Source of the DNA: Octopus sinensis
Lineage: Eukaryota
Assembly (NCBI RefSeq): GCF_006345805.1
Contig: NC_043001.1
Location: forward strand, 95,604,001-95,668,000
DNA: 64,000 bases
Direction of reading: 5' to 3'
The notes beneath the pieces were generated by a model. It ran no database searches and was not told where the DNA came from. It worked only from the letters and a program-made list of their open reading frames with translations. Positions 13,969-25,969 of this stretch are shown here, one piece after another (within the stretch, counting starts at the first letter, position 1; every line of letters begins with the position of its first letter). A program made the position numbers and the translations under genes.

Positions 13969-13970
<2 letters not shown>
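12951..13970. repeat. Head-to-tail tandem repeat, unit ~455-458 bp, about 2.25 copies
   Basis: Unit starts (tataatcaaaa..gggtaataacatagattactaccagtggccc) at 12951, 13406 and 13864. Copies are highly similar and flanked on both sides by (TA)n. Confidence 0.95.
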
Positions 13971-14017
<47 letters not shown>

Positions 14018-14196
14018 TAAAAGAATAATAGCATTTCCATCTACTTCAAATTTATAAGTACGTTATGTGATATACTTGCGATAGACGAAGATACAGTAAT
14101 GAATAATGACTTCGCAATATTTCGTATAAATGTACTGAACGATTAATAAATCCATAAGTATGGGAGTAGTTTGCTATTTCAGAGAAACGAATTCGA

Positions 14197-14246
<50 letters not shown>

Positions 14247-14507
14247 AGTTGGTTTGTGAAAGCACGTGGTTGAATATATAGAAAATAGTAAAAAGTGAAA
14301 AAACTACAGACGGCTTAAAGGTTAAAATATATATATATATATTTATTATATATATTGAGTCAATATGTCTGAAGAATATTAAAAAATGTTTTCTTACAAT
14401 GACATAGTTTAGAAGAAAGACCGGTTTCGCGTTTAGATTTTCAAATTTCTTACGACGTTATGTTTATGTTGAACAGAGTTATCGTTATGTTATGTTTGAA
14501 ATAGTTC

Positions 14508-14546
<39 letters not shown>

Positions 14547-14567
14547 TATATATATATAATATATATA

Positions 14568-14610
<43 letters not shown>

Positions 14611-14614
<4 letters not shown>

Positions 14615-14778
14615 ACTATTATTCGGTAGCCATGATAACACTCCTAATTTCGTATATCGGGGCGAGCATTCGAACCTTGTAGCTTTATCATGGCTGCCGA
14701 ATAATTGTCACATATTACATTTATAGATAAATTCCACGATTTACACAATATAGAGGTGTCTTCATTCTTTTTTTGTCT

Positions 14779-14780
<2 letters not shown>
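14611..14780. mobile_element. Miniature inverted-end element in (TA)n (family of 37308-37587)
   Basis: 28-bp inverted arms 14611-14638 and 14685-14712 (3 mismatches), then an extension tagataaattccacgatttacacaatatagaggtgtc resembling 37517-37560. Confidence 0.6.
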
Positions 14781-14861
<81 letters not shown>

Positions 14862-14900
14862 TATATATAGATATATATGTGTATATATGCATACTTATAT

Positions 14901-14940
<40 letters not shown>

Positions 14941-15938
14941 GTTTGTGTGTGCATATATGTATACGTAGATTTCTCTACCATGCAGATATAAAATACAAAA
15001 TTGCATATTCTTGATTTAGAAACGTATTTTCTTTTGAATAACGGAGTTTGTGTGGTTCAGGTCCTTCTTCTCTGAATTGACTTATAACGTTGAAACTGGT
15101 AGATTCAACAGACTTTAAGTTCCTTAATTCTTGTAAAACACGTCAACGACCGCCTCTGGTTCAATGTATGCAATCTTACCTTTAATCAAACCTATAAGCT
15201 TATCGTAACACGAGATCTTATGTCGACAAGTATATATTTTGAAAGCCATAGGGAAATTTGAATAATATTAAATATATAATTCTTTGTAATATAATTAATT
15301 AAATGTATATAAGTCGCGAATCAATATTCTTTACTTTATTTAATATAATTTAAATTAATTTGTTTATTCGATAATTGTTCGAGAAACAATAGAATATGAT
15401 CTGTTCAACATCTGTGTAATGTATGTCAATTATAAGACCAATTTCATTGTTGAAGAACAGATCAAACCAATAACGACTAATAATACGAAAATAAGCTCTT
15501 TACTTCGGGCATTCAGCTTCCTTCTTGTAATTTGTACTTGAAAAGCTGTCCATAAATGTTTAGTTTTGAAAGGTAAATAACAAGAAACAAATAGCGGATG
15601 CGAATTCACCAATTGTAATTCGCAGGATATTTGATGGTGATTAAATGATATAGCATCGGTTAGCGTGTGGATTTCGCTGGGAAGTTTTCTTTCAATTTAT
15701 TATGAAAGTATTCCTTCGTTTCGGAGGTCATTTATGGAAATGAAATTCATGTGGAAATGTGGATATCTGTACAACTTCTAAGTGCAAGGTCAGTAATAAA
15801 TGGGGAATCTATAAAAATGATTCGAAGTCTTTATACAACTCAACATCTAAAACCTTGTATTTTGATGGGCTTCCATTTGAACACACACACACACACACAT
15901 GTACATATATATGTGTATGTGTGTGTGTGTATGTATGT

Positions 15939-17479
15939 ATTTTCACAGACAATAAATACAATATTATTTGTTATTGCCTGAGATTTTGGTGTAATTTGAG
16001 AGGATAATACAAAAGTTATGGATGATTTAGTGATTTACTGCAAGACCCATGGCGGCCAAAATGATCAGAACGGTTGCTTTTACTCCGTGTTTTAGTATAT
16101 TTAACCGGCGAACTCTAATGTTTCGATTTGTTTACGTGACGGTTCGTTTACTAAACATTAGTAAGAATATTTGCAGCGTACTTTGTTAATACAATGACAC
16201 TTACTCCGTTACCAATTCGTCAGCAGATAATTAAGCTTCGAAGAAAGGATAATTTAAGTATTGGATCTATTGCAAATATTGTTAACAAGTCAAAAAGTGT
16301 TGTACACGCTATTCTTAAGGTCCACGATGATTGTGGTTCGGGTGAAGCAAGAAAGTTTACAGTTAGCCCAAGAAAAACGACCAAGAGTGAAGATCGTGCT
16401 ATGGTAAAGTTGGTTAAAAAGGACATATTTAAAACTGCTGTTGCTGTTTCTCCTAAAATGAGCATTGTATTGAAGAAAACTTTATCTCGAAAAACTGTGT
16501 CTCCTTGTTTAGTTGAACATGACCTACAAGCAAGAGCACCAGCTGTGAAGCCACTGATCAGCTCCAAGAATAAAAAGTGTCGTCTTACCTTTGGAACCGA
16601 ACATGTGTTGTGGTCTCAAGAAAAATGGCATACGGTGCATTTCAGTGATGAATCTAAGTTTATGCTATTTGGTTCAGATGGGAAAAGGTAGGTTCGTAGA
16701 AAAATAGGTAAAAAATTGTCGCCTAAATGCCTTGAGACTAGTGTTAAATTCGGTAGAGGAAGTGTCATGGTTTGGGGGATGATATCTGGAGGGGGTGTGG
16801 GCCCTTTGGTGCGATTACATGGAAAGGTAAATACAGGAGTTTATAAACAACTTGTAAAATATCATGTCTTTCCTGTGCTGAGAAATTCAACTAAGCGACC
16901 ACCCATATTCATACAGGACAATGCCCCATGTCACAAGGCTAAGGTGGTCGTGAACTTCCTCAAGGCTGAAAAGGTTATTGTTATGGATTGGCCTGCTCAA
17001 AGCCCAGATCTCAATCCTATTGAAAATGTATGGAATATTCTTGGAGGACGTTCGAAAGCCAGAAATCCTAAAACAACTGAGCACTTATGGAATGCCCTTC
17101 AGGAAGAATGGAATAAGATCACCTAGCAAGAAATTGAAAATTAATTTCCTCATGCAGTTGAAGATGTCAGAGTGTGATTGAAGCTAAAGGGATTCACACT
17201 AAATATTAAATAATTCCAGTATTCTCTGTCATTTTTGATTATTTTGTTATTTTTTCAACCGTTCTGATCATTTGGGCCGCCATGGGTTTTGCAGTAAATC
17301 ACTAAATCATCCGTAACTTTTGTGTTATCCTTTTACATTACACCAACATCTCAGACAATAACTATTAATATTGTATTTATTGTCTGTGAAAATTATAGAA
17401 TATAAGACAACATTGATAAAACTTATACTTACTTTTCTGACGAAAACAATGCCGTTCTGAACATGTTGACGCCACTGTA
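15939..17479 (+). mobile_element. Tc1-family DNA transposon with IR/DR-type ends, left end truncated
   Basis: 138-bp inverted repeats 15939-16076 and 17256-17393. The right end continues to ...gccgttctgaacatgttgacgccactg|TA (17477), a CAGTG terminus with TA target. Confidence 0.9.
16194..17209 (+). pseudogene. Tc1 DD34E transposase, inactivated
   Basis: Motifs FSDESKF, VMVWG, QDNAPCH and WPAQSPDLNPIEN, with 34 residues between the second D and the E. In-frame TAG at 16689 and 17124 plus a frameshift near the C-terminus. Confidence 0.95.
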
Positions 17480-17625
17480 TATATACATATACACAAAAGT
17501 ATATATACAATTGTATATACGTACTATTTCACAGACACGAACACTTATACGCGTTTGTACAGCACACACACAATGCATGTATATGAATATATGTACGTTC
17601 ATACACTGGCACAGATATATATATA

Positions 17626-17727
<102 letters not shown>

Positions 17728-17772
17728 GTGTGTATATATACATGCTCACACATACACATACAGATATATATA

Positions 17773-17810
<38 letters not shown>

Positions 17811-17824
17811 TATGTATATATATA

Positions 17825-17871
<47 letters not shown>

Positions 17872-17893
17872 AAAACATGATGCGAAGGATTCA

Positions 17894-17971
17894 GCGGTAC
17901 ATATGTTTCGGGCCTTTATTAGACAGATTTATAACAATGCATAATGTATGTCTGTGGCCTTCTTCAGCCGC
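17894..17971 (-). ncRNA. Hammerhead ribozyme, inverted identical copy
   Basis: Exact reverse complement of 21282-21359. Confidence 0.8.
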
Positions 17972-18010
17972 GCACAACAGCTTCCACAAGGACATGTGTT
18001 ACATCAAAAA

Positions 18011-19235
18011 TTCTACCAAATACATCCATACCTCTTCCAACCATCCACCCTGTATAATTAGCACCACGATCCAAGCCATCTCAGACAGACTGACAAAACC
18101 ATCCTCTAATAGAGAAATTTTCAATAATCATGCACAACACTACAACCAGGCTCTCTATAGTGCCGGGTATAACCAGAGAATATCATATGTAGACCACCCG
18201 GGAGCGTCCGTCGGCCATAAGACTCCCAATTATAATCGAACTCATCACTCAACTCACACTAGCGATAATTCTAATTTAAACTCCAAACAACGTATAGGAA
18301 ATAGGCGAACTAATAGAACAGCACACAATAGTAACCCTCCCGACGAGAGCAATATAGATCCTATTAGGAGAAATAGAAGGGATAATAGTAGATTACGCAA
18401 ATATATATGGTTCAACATACCTTTCAACTTAGCAGTTAGGGGTAAGTTATGTAAGAGAATATTCTCTATAATTTCCAACAACTTCCCACCCACCCACAAG
18501 TATAGAAGTATCTTCTCCAACAAAACTATTAGGATTTCCTCTACTACCTGCCCAACATGAGCTGCCTCATAGCTAAACATAACTATATTAATATTAGAAC
18601 AGCTAGATCAAGAGCAAACCATAGCGACCAACAGAACCCCCTTCATCTAGACAGTAGACAATATAACCAGACTGGCAGCCATACTACCCAAACAGTTAGT
18701 AATAACACCCGCCAACACAACAGAGGAAATACTACACCCATCAACAACCAGGAGGATACCAACACCTCCGCCTGGGATTAGCAGCACACGACCGAATAAT
18801 GCAATGCAATGCAACTGCAGATGTGCATCAGAGTGCCCGCTGCAGGGCGCATGTAGGGCGAAAAACGTAATATACTCATGTGAGGTGAGTACTCAGTTTA
18901 ACACACTCACCTATATTGGTTGCTCAACCTCCTGGAAATCCAGATACTACAACCACCGGTCCTCGCTGAGACACAGACATAAGGCTAACAGCACCTCTCT
19001 CTCTAAAAGAATTTGGGAATTAAAAGACAAATGCATAGACTTCAAACTCAGATGGTCCATCATCGGATCAGCTGCACCTTATTTAAATAATAGAGCAGGA
19101 TGCCAACTATGCTGTGTAGAACTCCTGAACATCTTGAAATTCAAAGACAAACACAATCTTATTAACAAAAGGTCAGAGTTCAAACCATCCTGTATACATA
19201 AACTTATTAATACTTTCAAATACTACAATGCTTAG
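18011..19235 (+). pseudogene. Penelope-like RT C-terminus plus GIY-YIG endonuclease, frameshifted
   Basis: YIHTSSNHPP, YNQALYSAGY, RKYIWFNIPF, FPPTHKYRSIFS, then CNCR...CPLQGAC...NVIY...YIG...RYYNH...IWELK...CQLC...NKRSE. The Cys-rich GIY-YIG layout fits Naiad/Neptune-type PLEs. Two frameshifts. Confidence 0.92.
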
Positions 19236-19334
19236 GTCTTATACCAACTCCCCCATGCAATTTCCTCCCACCCGGTGCAACCTGTCGGCTCCAGCACATC
19301 CCGCTTTCCTATATGTGCGTGTGTATGTGTGTAT

Positions 19335-19365
<31 letters not shown>

Positions 19366-19744
19366 CGTATGTATGTGCACATACGTGTACGTATGTGTAC
19401 ACATACATATATATATACATGTGCGTGTGTGTGTGTGTGTGTGGGTGTGTGTATGTGCATATACGGTTCCCTGCATTTTCCCCCTATATATACAAATTTT
19501 GTCTCCCATATATGACTTCTTTTCCCTAAATATTTCTTCTCCTACACCCATATCCTCCCTATGTAGTCTCTTTAATTCCCTACATCTATACCCTTCACAT
19601 TTCTAACTCAGATGTTGAACGCACACCGCCAAACTCCACTTCCCACCCTTCCAATTTTCAGTTCCCCCCGCCCCGCCCGCTACGTTTAACACACACCTCT
19701 AACTTTCAACCACCTTCATCTCATGTTAAACTTTACAAAATTAT

Positions 19745-19930
19745 ATTTTTATCTTTTTTATTTTTTTCATTTTATTTTATTTTATTTTATCTTATTTTAT
19801 TTTATCTTATTTTATTTTATTTTATTTTATTTTATTTTATTTTATTTTATTTTATTTTATCTTATTTTATCTTATTTTATCTTATTTTATCTTATTTTAC
19901 TTTATTTTTATTTACTTTTATTTTTACTTT
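19745..19930. repeat. (TTTTA)n/(TTATC)n low-complexity tract inside the PLE 3' region
   Basis: Direct reading; it gives rise to the FILFY ORF. Confidence 0.9.
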
Positions 19931-21281
19931 TATCCTACTTCCATTTATTTATTTTTAATTTTATTTTTACTTTTATTCTACTTCCATTTATTCTCATTTT
20001 CATTTTCATCCCTTACCTTAACTCTTATAATTTTTATAATTCTTATACTTCATTTTGTAACTATTACATTGTATTTCTTATTTTATACTGTATTTTTTAT
20101 TTCTAATCTTTACCCTTACCCTCATTCTTACCCCTAACTTATCGCTTTACACCTCTATATATGTTTATTTACTTACCTATGGATCCACCTTTTGAATATA
20201 CGAGCGTCCGCGTGTGTACGCACACATACATATGCACGCGCATATATGTACATGCATACTTCGATATCTTATAGCTATACCCGTGTGCGCGTGTGTCTCT
20301 CTGTGTGTGTATATGAGTGTATATGTGCACGCACATACGGACACACAGCCGTGTGTGCGTGCGCATGTTGACATGAGTACGGGATTCTTTACTTACGTTC
20401 TTATACACATCCTTTAATATCTTCTACCTGGACCTAGAGGCGTGGGCATATACGTGTGTGTATGTAGTGATGGGCGCGCGTATATACATGTGAGCGTGTA
20501 CGCGCGTAATGTCCGTGTATATATGCGGATATTCTGTTGTATGTATGTGTGTGTACGCGCGTGCGTGTGGGTGCGTGTGTGTTTATGTACGTGTTTACGC
20601 GCGAGTGCGTGTGTATGCTTATAGGCTTGGAGGCGTATATGTACGCGTGTATGTGGGTGTATGTATCCATGATGATATGTATGTACTAGAAGTCCATTTA
20701 ATTCAAGGAACCAGATTAAATGCTCATCAGCTCTGATTTACAACGCATTAAGTCCCCAGACGAAACTGTTGATTTACTGTCAATTCTACAGCTAAATTTT
20801 ATCAATCTCCTGACCACCATGCTTGGTCCGTAACCTCTATACATCACTTATCTTTACATTCTTTTACACTTTTATCATGGTTTTATCATTTTTTTTACTT
20901 TTATTCTATTTCTATTTTTACTTTATAACCTTATGCCTTAACATTTATTATATTTCTTTATATTTCTTTATACCCCCTTACATCTCCTTACAACTCTTTA
21001 TATCTTTATCCTCTACATTTTTATATTATTCTACTTACACTTTTTATACATTTTTTATCCCTCGTCCCGAACTCTCGCCCCTCCATCTTCACCTCTATAT
21101 ATGTATTTATTTATTTACATTACCTCAACATCCAATTTTCCTCATTCTACATTGAGAGAAGAAAGAGATGGACGCTTCAATTCTATGCTGCTGCCGCATT
21201 ATGTCGTACGTGAATGAGAGGATTTGCATCCCCAACCAAGAGTTTTTGATGTAACACATGTCCTTGTGGAAGCTGTTGTGC

Positions 21282-21359
21282 GCGGCTGAAGAAGGCCACA
21301 GACATACATTATGCATTGTTATAAATCTGTCTAATAAAGGCCCGAAACATATGTACCGC
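21282..21359 (+). ncRNA. Minimal type I hammerhead ribozyme in the pseudo-LTR
   Basis: Stem I gcgg/ccgc, core CUGAAGA, stem II ggcc...ggcc (extended by acaga/tctgt), GAAA, palindromic stem III acatatgt, cleavage triplet GUA. Confidence 0.8.
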
Positions 21360-21679
21360 TGAATCCTTCGCATCATGTTTTTATTTTATTTTGATAATTT
21401 ACTCCCCACCTACACCACCAGACGGTATAAACACAGGTGCTTATAATTATCAAGTACTCACCCCGAATTTCTATATATATATATATATATAATATATTAA
21501 TATATATATATATATATATATATATAGATATATATATTTACTTATGTAGGCATGCGCTAATGCAGTGCAAAAACGCGGACAGACACGCATAAGAATGCAT
21601 ATGGAGATACCCAAAAAGGGCACACGCACACCTGGATAATGGGGAAGAAGCGAGGTAGAGAATTCACTGAATTACTAAT

Positions 21680-21707
21680 ATTATTATTATTATTATTATT
21701 ATTATCA

Positions 21708-21744
<37 letters not shown>

Positions 21745-24700
21745 CATTGTCATTTACTTTTAATCTGCATGTTTGATGCAATCACCTGCCGGGGCACACC
21801 CAGCGCCCTAGGGCAAGTGAAGGTTAAGAGTTGTTGAAATATAGCTGAAAGCTTGGGGAGGGGAAGTAGAGAAATATCTCCATGTAATACAAACACAAAC
21901 ATTTACATTGATAGGGTTTTTCTAAGGATGTGGGCAGTACTTGTTAGCACAATCTTTTGGATTTCCTTGAGACATGGTTTTCCAGGGATATTGTCTAGGT
22001 GTTTCTGACATCCCTTTTTTATCATACCTAGGGCACCTACAATAACAGGAACAGTTTTTGTTTTAAGATTCCACATCCTCTGTATTTCGATTTCCAGGTC
22101 CTTATATTTACTAAGTTTGTCAAATTCCCTGACAGATACATTTTTATCAGTGGGGACGCTTACTTCTATTAGTCTGCAGGTATTTTCTTCTTCCTGTCTT
22201 TACAATTATGTCTGGTCGATTAGCCTTGATCGTTCTGTCAGTGTTGACTGGAAAATCCCAGAGGATGGTGACATCTTTACCTTCAACAACTGGCTGAGGA
22301 TGGTGTTCATACCAGTTAGCAGGAGTGTCGGATTTGTAGTGTTTACATATCTTCCAATGTATATACTGTCCTACCCTATCGTGGCGATTTTTGTATTCGT
22401 TTGGTGTCAGCACAGGACATCCCGAAACGAGATGGTCTATTGTTTCGTCAAATGTGTCACAGAATCTGTATTTAGGGTCCATGCAGGGGCTTCTGGCTCC
22501 ACCGCCTCTCAATTTGATTCTGCCCATTCTTTTTTGCAGTCTGCCTGATCCGCTTTGCTTGCTTGGTAGCAGTGGTTTCTGGCTCTTCACCTGATTCAAG
22601 GTTAATGCCTAGTTCCCTTTCGAACTTATAAGCTTCCTTGACAATAGAATGCAGCTTTTTGCTGCCTTCGTGTTCACACACAAGTCGCAGCATCCAGTCT
22701 TTTGTACTAGATAGGTACCTGTTCATTCCTACAGTAGAGGTCTTATAGCACAGCTCCAATTGCATCATTCCTCTCCCCCCGCTGCTTCTAGGTAGGTACA
22801 AGCGGTCTACATCTGCCTTAGGGTGGTGCATGCTCCTGGATGTTAGTAACTTTCTTGTCTTCCTGTCCAAGCGTTGGAGTTCCGTAAGGTTCCAGTTAAT
22901 GATGTTAAAACTGTACTGGACTACTGGAAGTGCCAGGGTGTTAATGGCCTCAATGCAATTTTTGGAGTTGAGTTCAGTCTTCAGTACAAGCCTTATTCTC
23001 CTATAGTACTCCTTTCTTATTTTTTCTTCATAGTAGCATGATGTATACCATCTCCTTCGTTGATTCCTAGGTATTTGTAGATTTCTTGTGGGTAAGTTCC
23101 TTGATGGTAGTGTCAATATCTAATTTAACAGAAGCTGTTTGCCTGAGCTTGCCTCTTACAAAAGTTGCTTTAGCACACTTATCAAGGCCAAAATCCATTC
23201 CGATATCATTGCTAAACTCTTTAACAGTTGTTAGCAGCCCTTCTAGCTCTTGGTCATTCTTGGCAAACAGCTTTAGATCGTCCATATAAAAAAGGTGGTT
23301 TATTAACTTGCTAAAACTTTGTACCCATATCTGGCACTATCCAATTCGTTTGAGAGTGGGATCAGTGCCATGCAAAAAAGTAATGGAGAGAGGGAGTCAC
23401 CTTGAAAGATGCCTCGTTTGATGTTGATGCTGTTGGACTGGCTCATCCCATTTCTATGGCTTAGAAAGAGACGTGTGTTCCACATGGTCATGCTATTCTC
23501 TAAGAATTTTGAGACGACAGGGGAGATCTTGTATATCTCAAGGGCCTTGAGTATCCATTATGTGGGACACTGTCATACGCTTTCCTGTAGTCTATCCATG
23601 CCATACTCAGGTTTTTGTTTTTGCTCCGGCAATTCTCTACAATCATTCTGTTTATGAGCAATTGGTCTTTGCACCCATAAGAGTTTCTTTTACAACCTTT
23701 TTGAGCTTGTGGAAGGATAGAATTTTGTTCAAGGAAAGCGTACATTCTCTCCGTTATTATGGATGTGAGGATTTTGTAGGTGGTGTTGAGACATGTTATT
23801 GGCCGGTAATTCTTTGGGTTTTTTGTGTCTTCGGTTTTAGGCAATAGGTAGGTGGTTCCTTCAGTCAGCCAAGCAGGTATTTGCTCTGGGTTCTGAATGA
23901 CATCAGACAGAGATGCAGCGAGATGTTCGTGTACCTCTGTCAAACAATTCAGCCAGAAGTTAGGGATCCGATCCAGTCCTGGGGTTTTCCATTTATGAGC
24001 CTTCCTAAGGACACACCTTAGCTCCTCTATTCCTATTGCTTCCCATTTCTGTTCTTCAAGTTCATCCAGTCTCTCTTTCTCACGTTCTATCCAGTCAGCC
24101 TCAGCATTAAACTCTTTTTCGTTGCTCCATACCTTCTTCCAGAACTCCTCCACTTCCTCAATCTTAGGTGGATCTTCTATGTGTATTTTATTTTTGCCAA
24201 TTTCCCTATAAAATTTCTTTGCATCTGTCTTAAAAAATTTATTTTGTCGATAAAATTTGTTTCTTTTGTCATACCTTCTAAGCCGTTGAGCTTTCAACTG
24301 TATCCGTTGTTTCAACAGTCCCTTAGTTGCAGGGAGGTTTATGAGATCTTTGATTTTATATTTTTGCTTGATTTTTCTAGCTTTTCTCGGCTTAATATTC
24401 ACTCCTCTAGCAAGTTCATCGAGAACTGAAACATCCGCCCGCAGAGATTCAATCTCTTTTTGTATCGCTACTTTCCACTTAGGAGGTTCATTGACATGCC
24501 TGGCCTTTTTCTTTGTCATCTTAACACCTAGTTGGGTAGTTACTACTTTAGCAGTGGAATAAATGAGATTATTTAAGGTTGTCAAATCATTCCCCTTATT
24601 TCTTAAGATCTGTCCTAGGGCAACGTTATATGTCATGATTGTGTTGTTATTTCTTGTGCCATTTGAAAACTTTGGTAGTGGTTCTCTATTAACCATGTCA

Positions 24701-25909
24701 GTGAGCTCAATCTTGCCGAGTTCTCTCATAATGTCCACTTTTGCTTCCATAATCTTTTCTCTATTATTCACCTCAAATTCTATGTCATATCTATTTTGGT
24801 TTTCTTGAGGAAGGTCTACGTTCTCCTCTTTTTTCAAATCTCTCGTCTTCGCTATTCTTTGTTTAACTTCCCCATTGGGAAGTTGATTTGCCGCTTGTAC
24901 ACTGGCTTCTGTGCTACTGTTACCTATTTCGTCTACATTGTTGCTGTTTTCTTTTGGTCTACCATGAGCTATTAGTGTCCTAATTTTGTCAATTTCAGCG
25001 TCAGTTAGTCTTTTGTTTTTAATTATATCTCTGCGTACATTACTTATTTATTTGCGTCTATATATCTACGTACGTCATTGCCTACTGAATTTCTCCATGA
25101 GATGTATGTTTGTACACTGAGGTTATTGTTTGGGTTTAGTTGGGCTGTATAAAAGCTTTCAACACATCTCTATAGTCCTCTCTGGTCCATTTTATACGTT
25201 TTGCTTTAGGTGGTGTTTTTGGTGGTGCCACTACAAGTCCAGAGTTAGAAGTATTCTGGTTCTGGTCACCTGGTAGATCGTCTTTTTGAGAGTTTGTTCC
25301 AGCAGCAAACTTTTCGACCCCAGTCTGGTTCCCTACTGGGTAACGCGATCCTTGTTGTCTCGGGCGATGACCGATCCGGCATGATTTTTGGCTTGTTTTC
25401 ATTAAATGATTGACGGCGACATCAGAGGGGTCCATTTTTTCAGAGTCAACTTTTTGACAAGACGCCGCTTCTGTGACGGTGACAGGGTCAATTTTTTGAC
25501 AAAACACCGCTTCTGAATTCTCCGAATTAATATATTGTTCATATCGAACTCGCATAAGACTTACAGATCGAAATTCGCCTCTATTTCTTTTGGTAGTCAT
25601 ATTTCCGGGCATAACTGTGTAGTGACTTTCTAAATTCAGTGACCAATTTTCTCTTTTTGCGTTTGTTCGTGAAAAATCGCTTTGTTTTTGTTTTGTTTTC
25701 GTCCGCGTAACGTGGTTTTTCTTTCTGTGTGTACGTGTGAGCGCGTGTATGCATTATTTATGCTTTATAATTAAAATGTGTACATGTATGCACAAACAGT
25801 TGCATGTATACTTTATAATTAAAATGTGTACGTGTATGCATAAACAGTTGCATGTATACTTATTTAATTAATTAATTAATTAATCAATTTATGTAGTTAC
25901 TGTCTTTCA

Positions 25910-25910
<1 letters not shown>
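21680..25910 (-). mobile_element. Apparently full-length R4/Dong-clade non-LTR retrotransposon between (TAA)n tracts
   Basis: Single long ORF remnant with RT and C-terminal CCHC plus restriction-like endonuclease, no APE. 5' UTR with a ~48-bp tandem duplication (about 25764-25860). (TAA)n at both ends. Confidence 0.9.
21900..25612 (-). pseudogene. R4/Dong polyprotein (RT, zinc knuckle, RLE), frameshifted
   Basis: WKTPGLDRIPNFWL, NYRPITCLNTTYK, QKGCKRNSYGCKDQL, AWIDYRKAYDSVPH, RGIFQGDSLSPLLF, YMDDLKL, CRFCDTFDETIDHLVSGC, ANRPDII, KLSKYKDL. Confidence 0.93.

Positions 25911-25965
<55 letters not shown>

Positions 25966-25969
<4 letters not shown>

Larger units (their letters stand above)
17864..21470 (+). 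mobile_element. 5'-truncated Penelope-like retroelement with inverted pseudo-LTR
   Basis: Identical 147-bp inverted copies at 17864-18010 and 21243-21389 flank RT-thumb and GIY-YIG coding remnants and a ~2-kb microsatellite-rich 3' region. Flanked by (TA)n. Confidence 0.9.

Noticed and set aside
14405-14460. Minus-strand GCGAAACCGGTC as a hammerhead
   Set aside because: Only the 3' half is present; no core or stem II upstream.
18804-21242. Selenocysteine-type Penelope (in-frame UGA plus SECIS), as reported for some Naiad elements
   Set aside because: The GIY-YIG frame has no in-frame TGA (Cys codons are TGC/TGT), and I saw no convincing SECIS.
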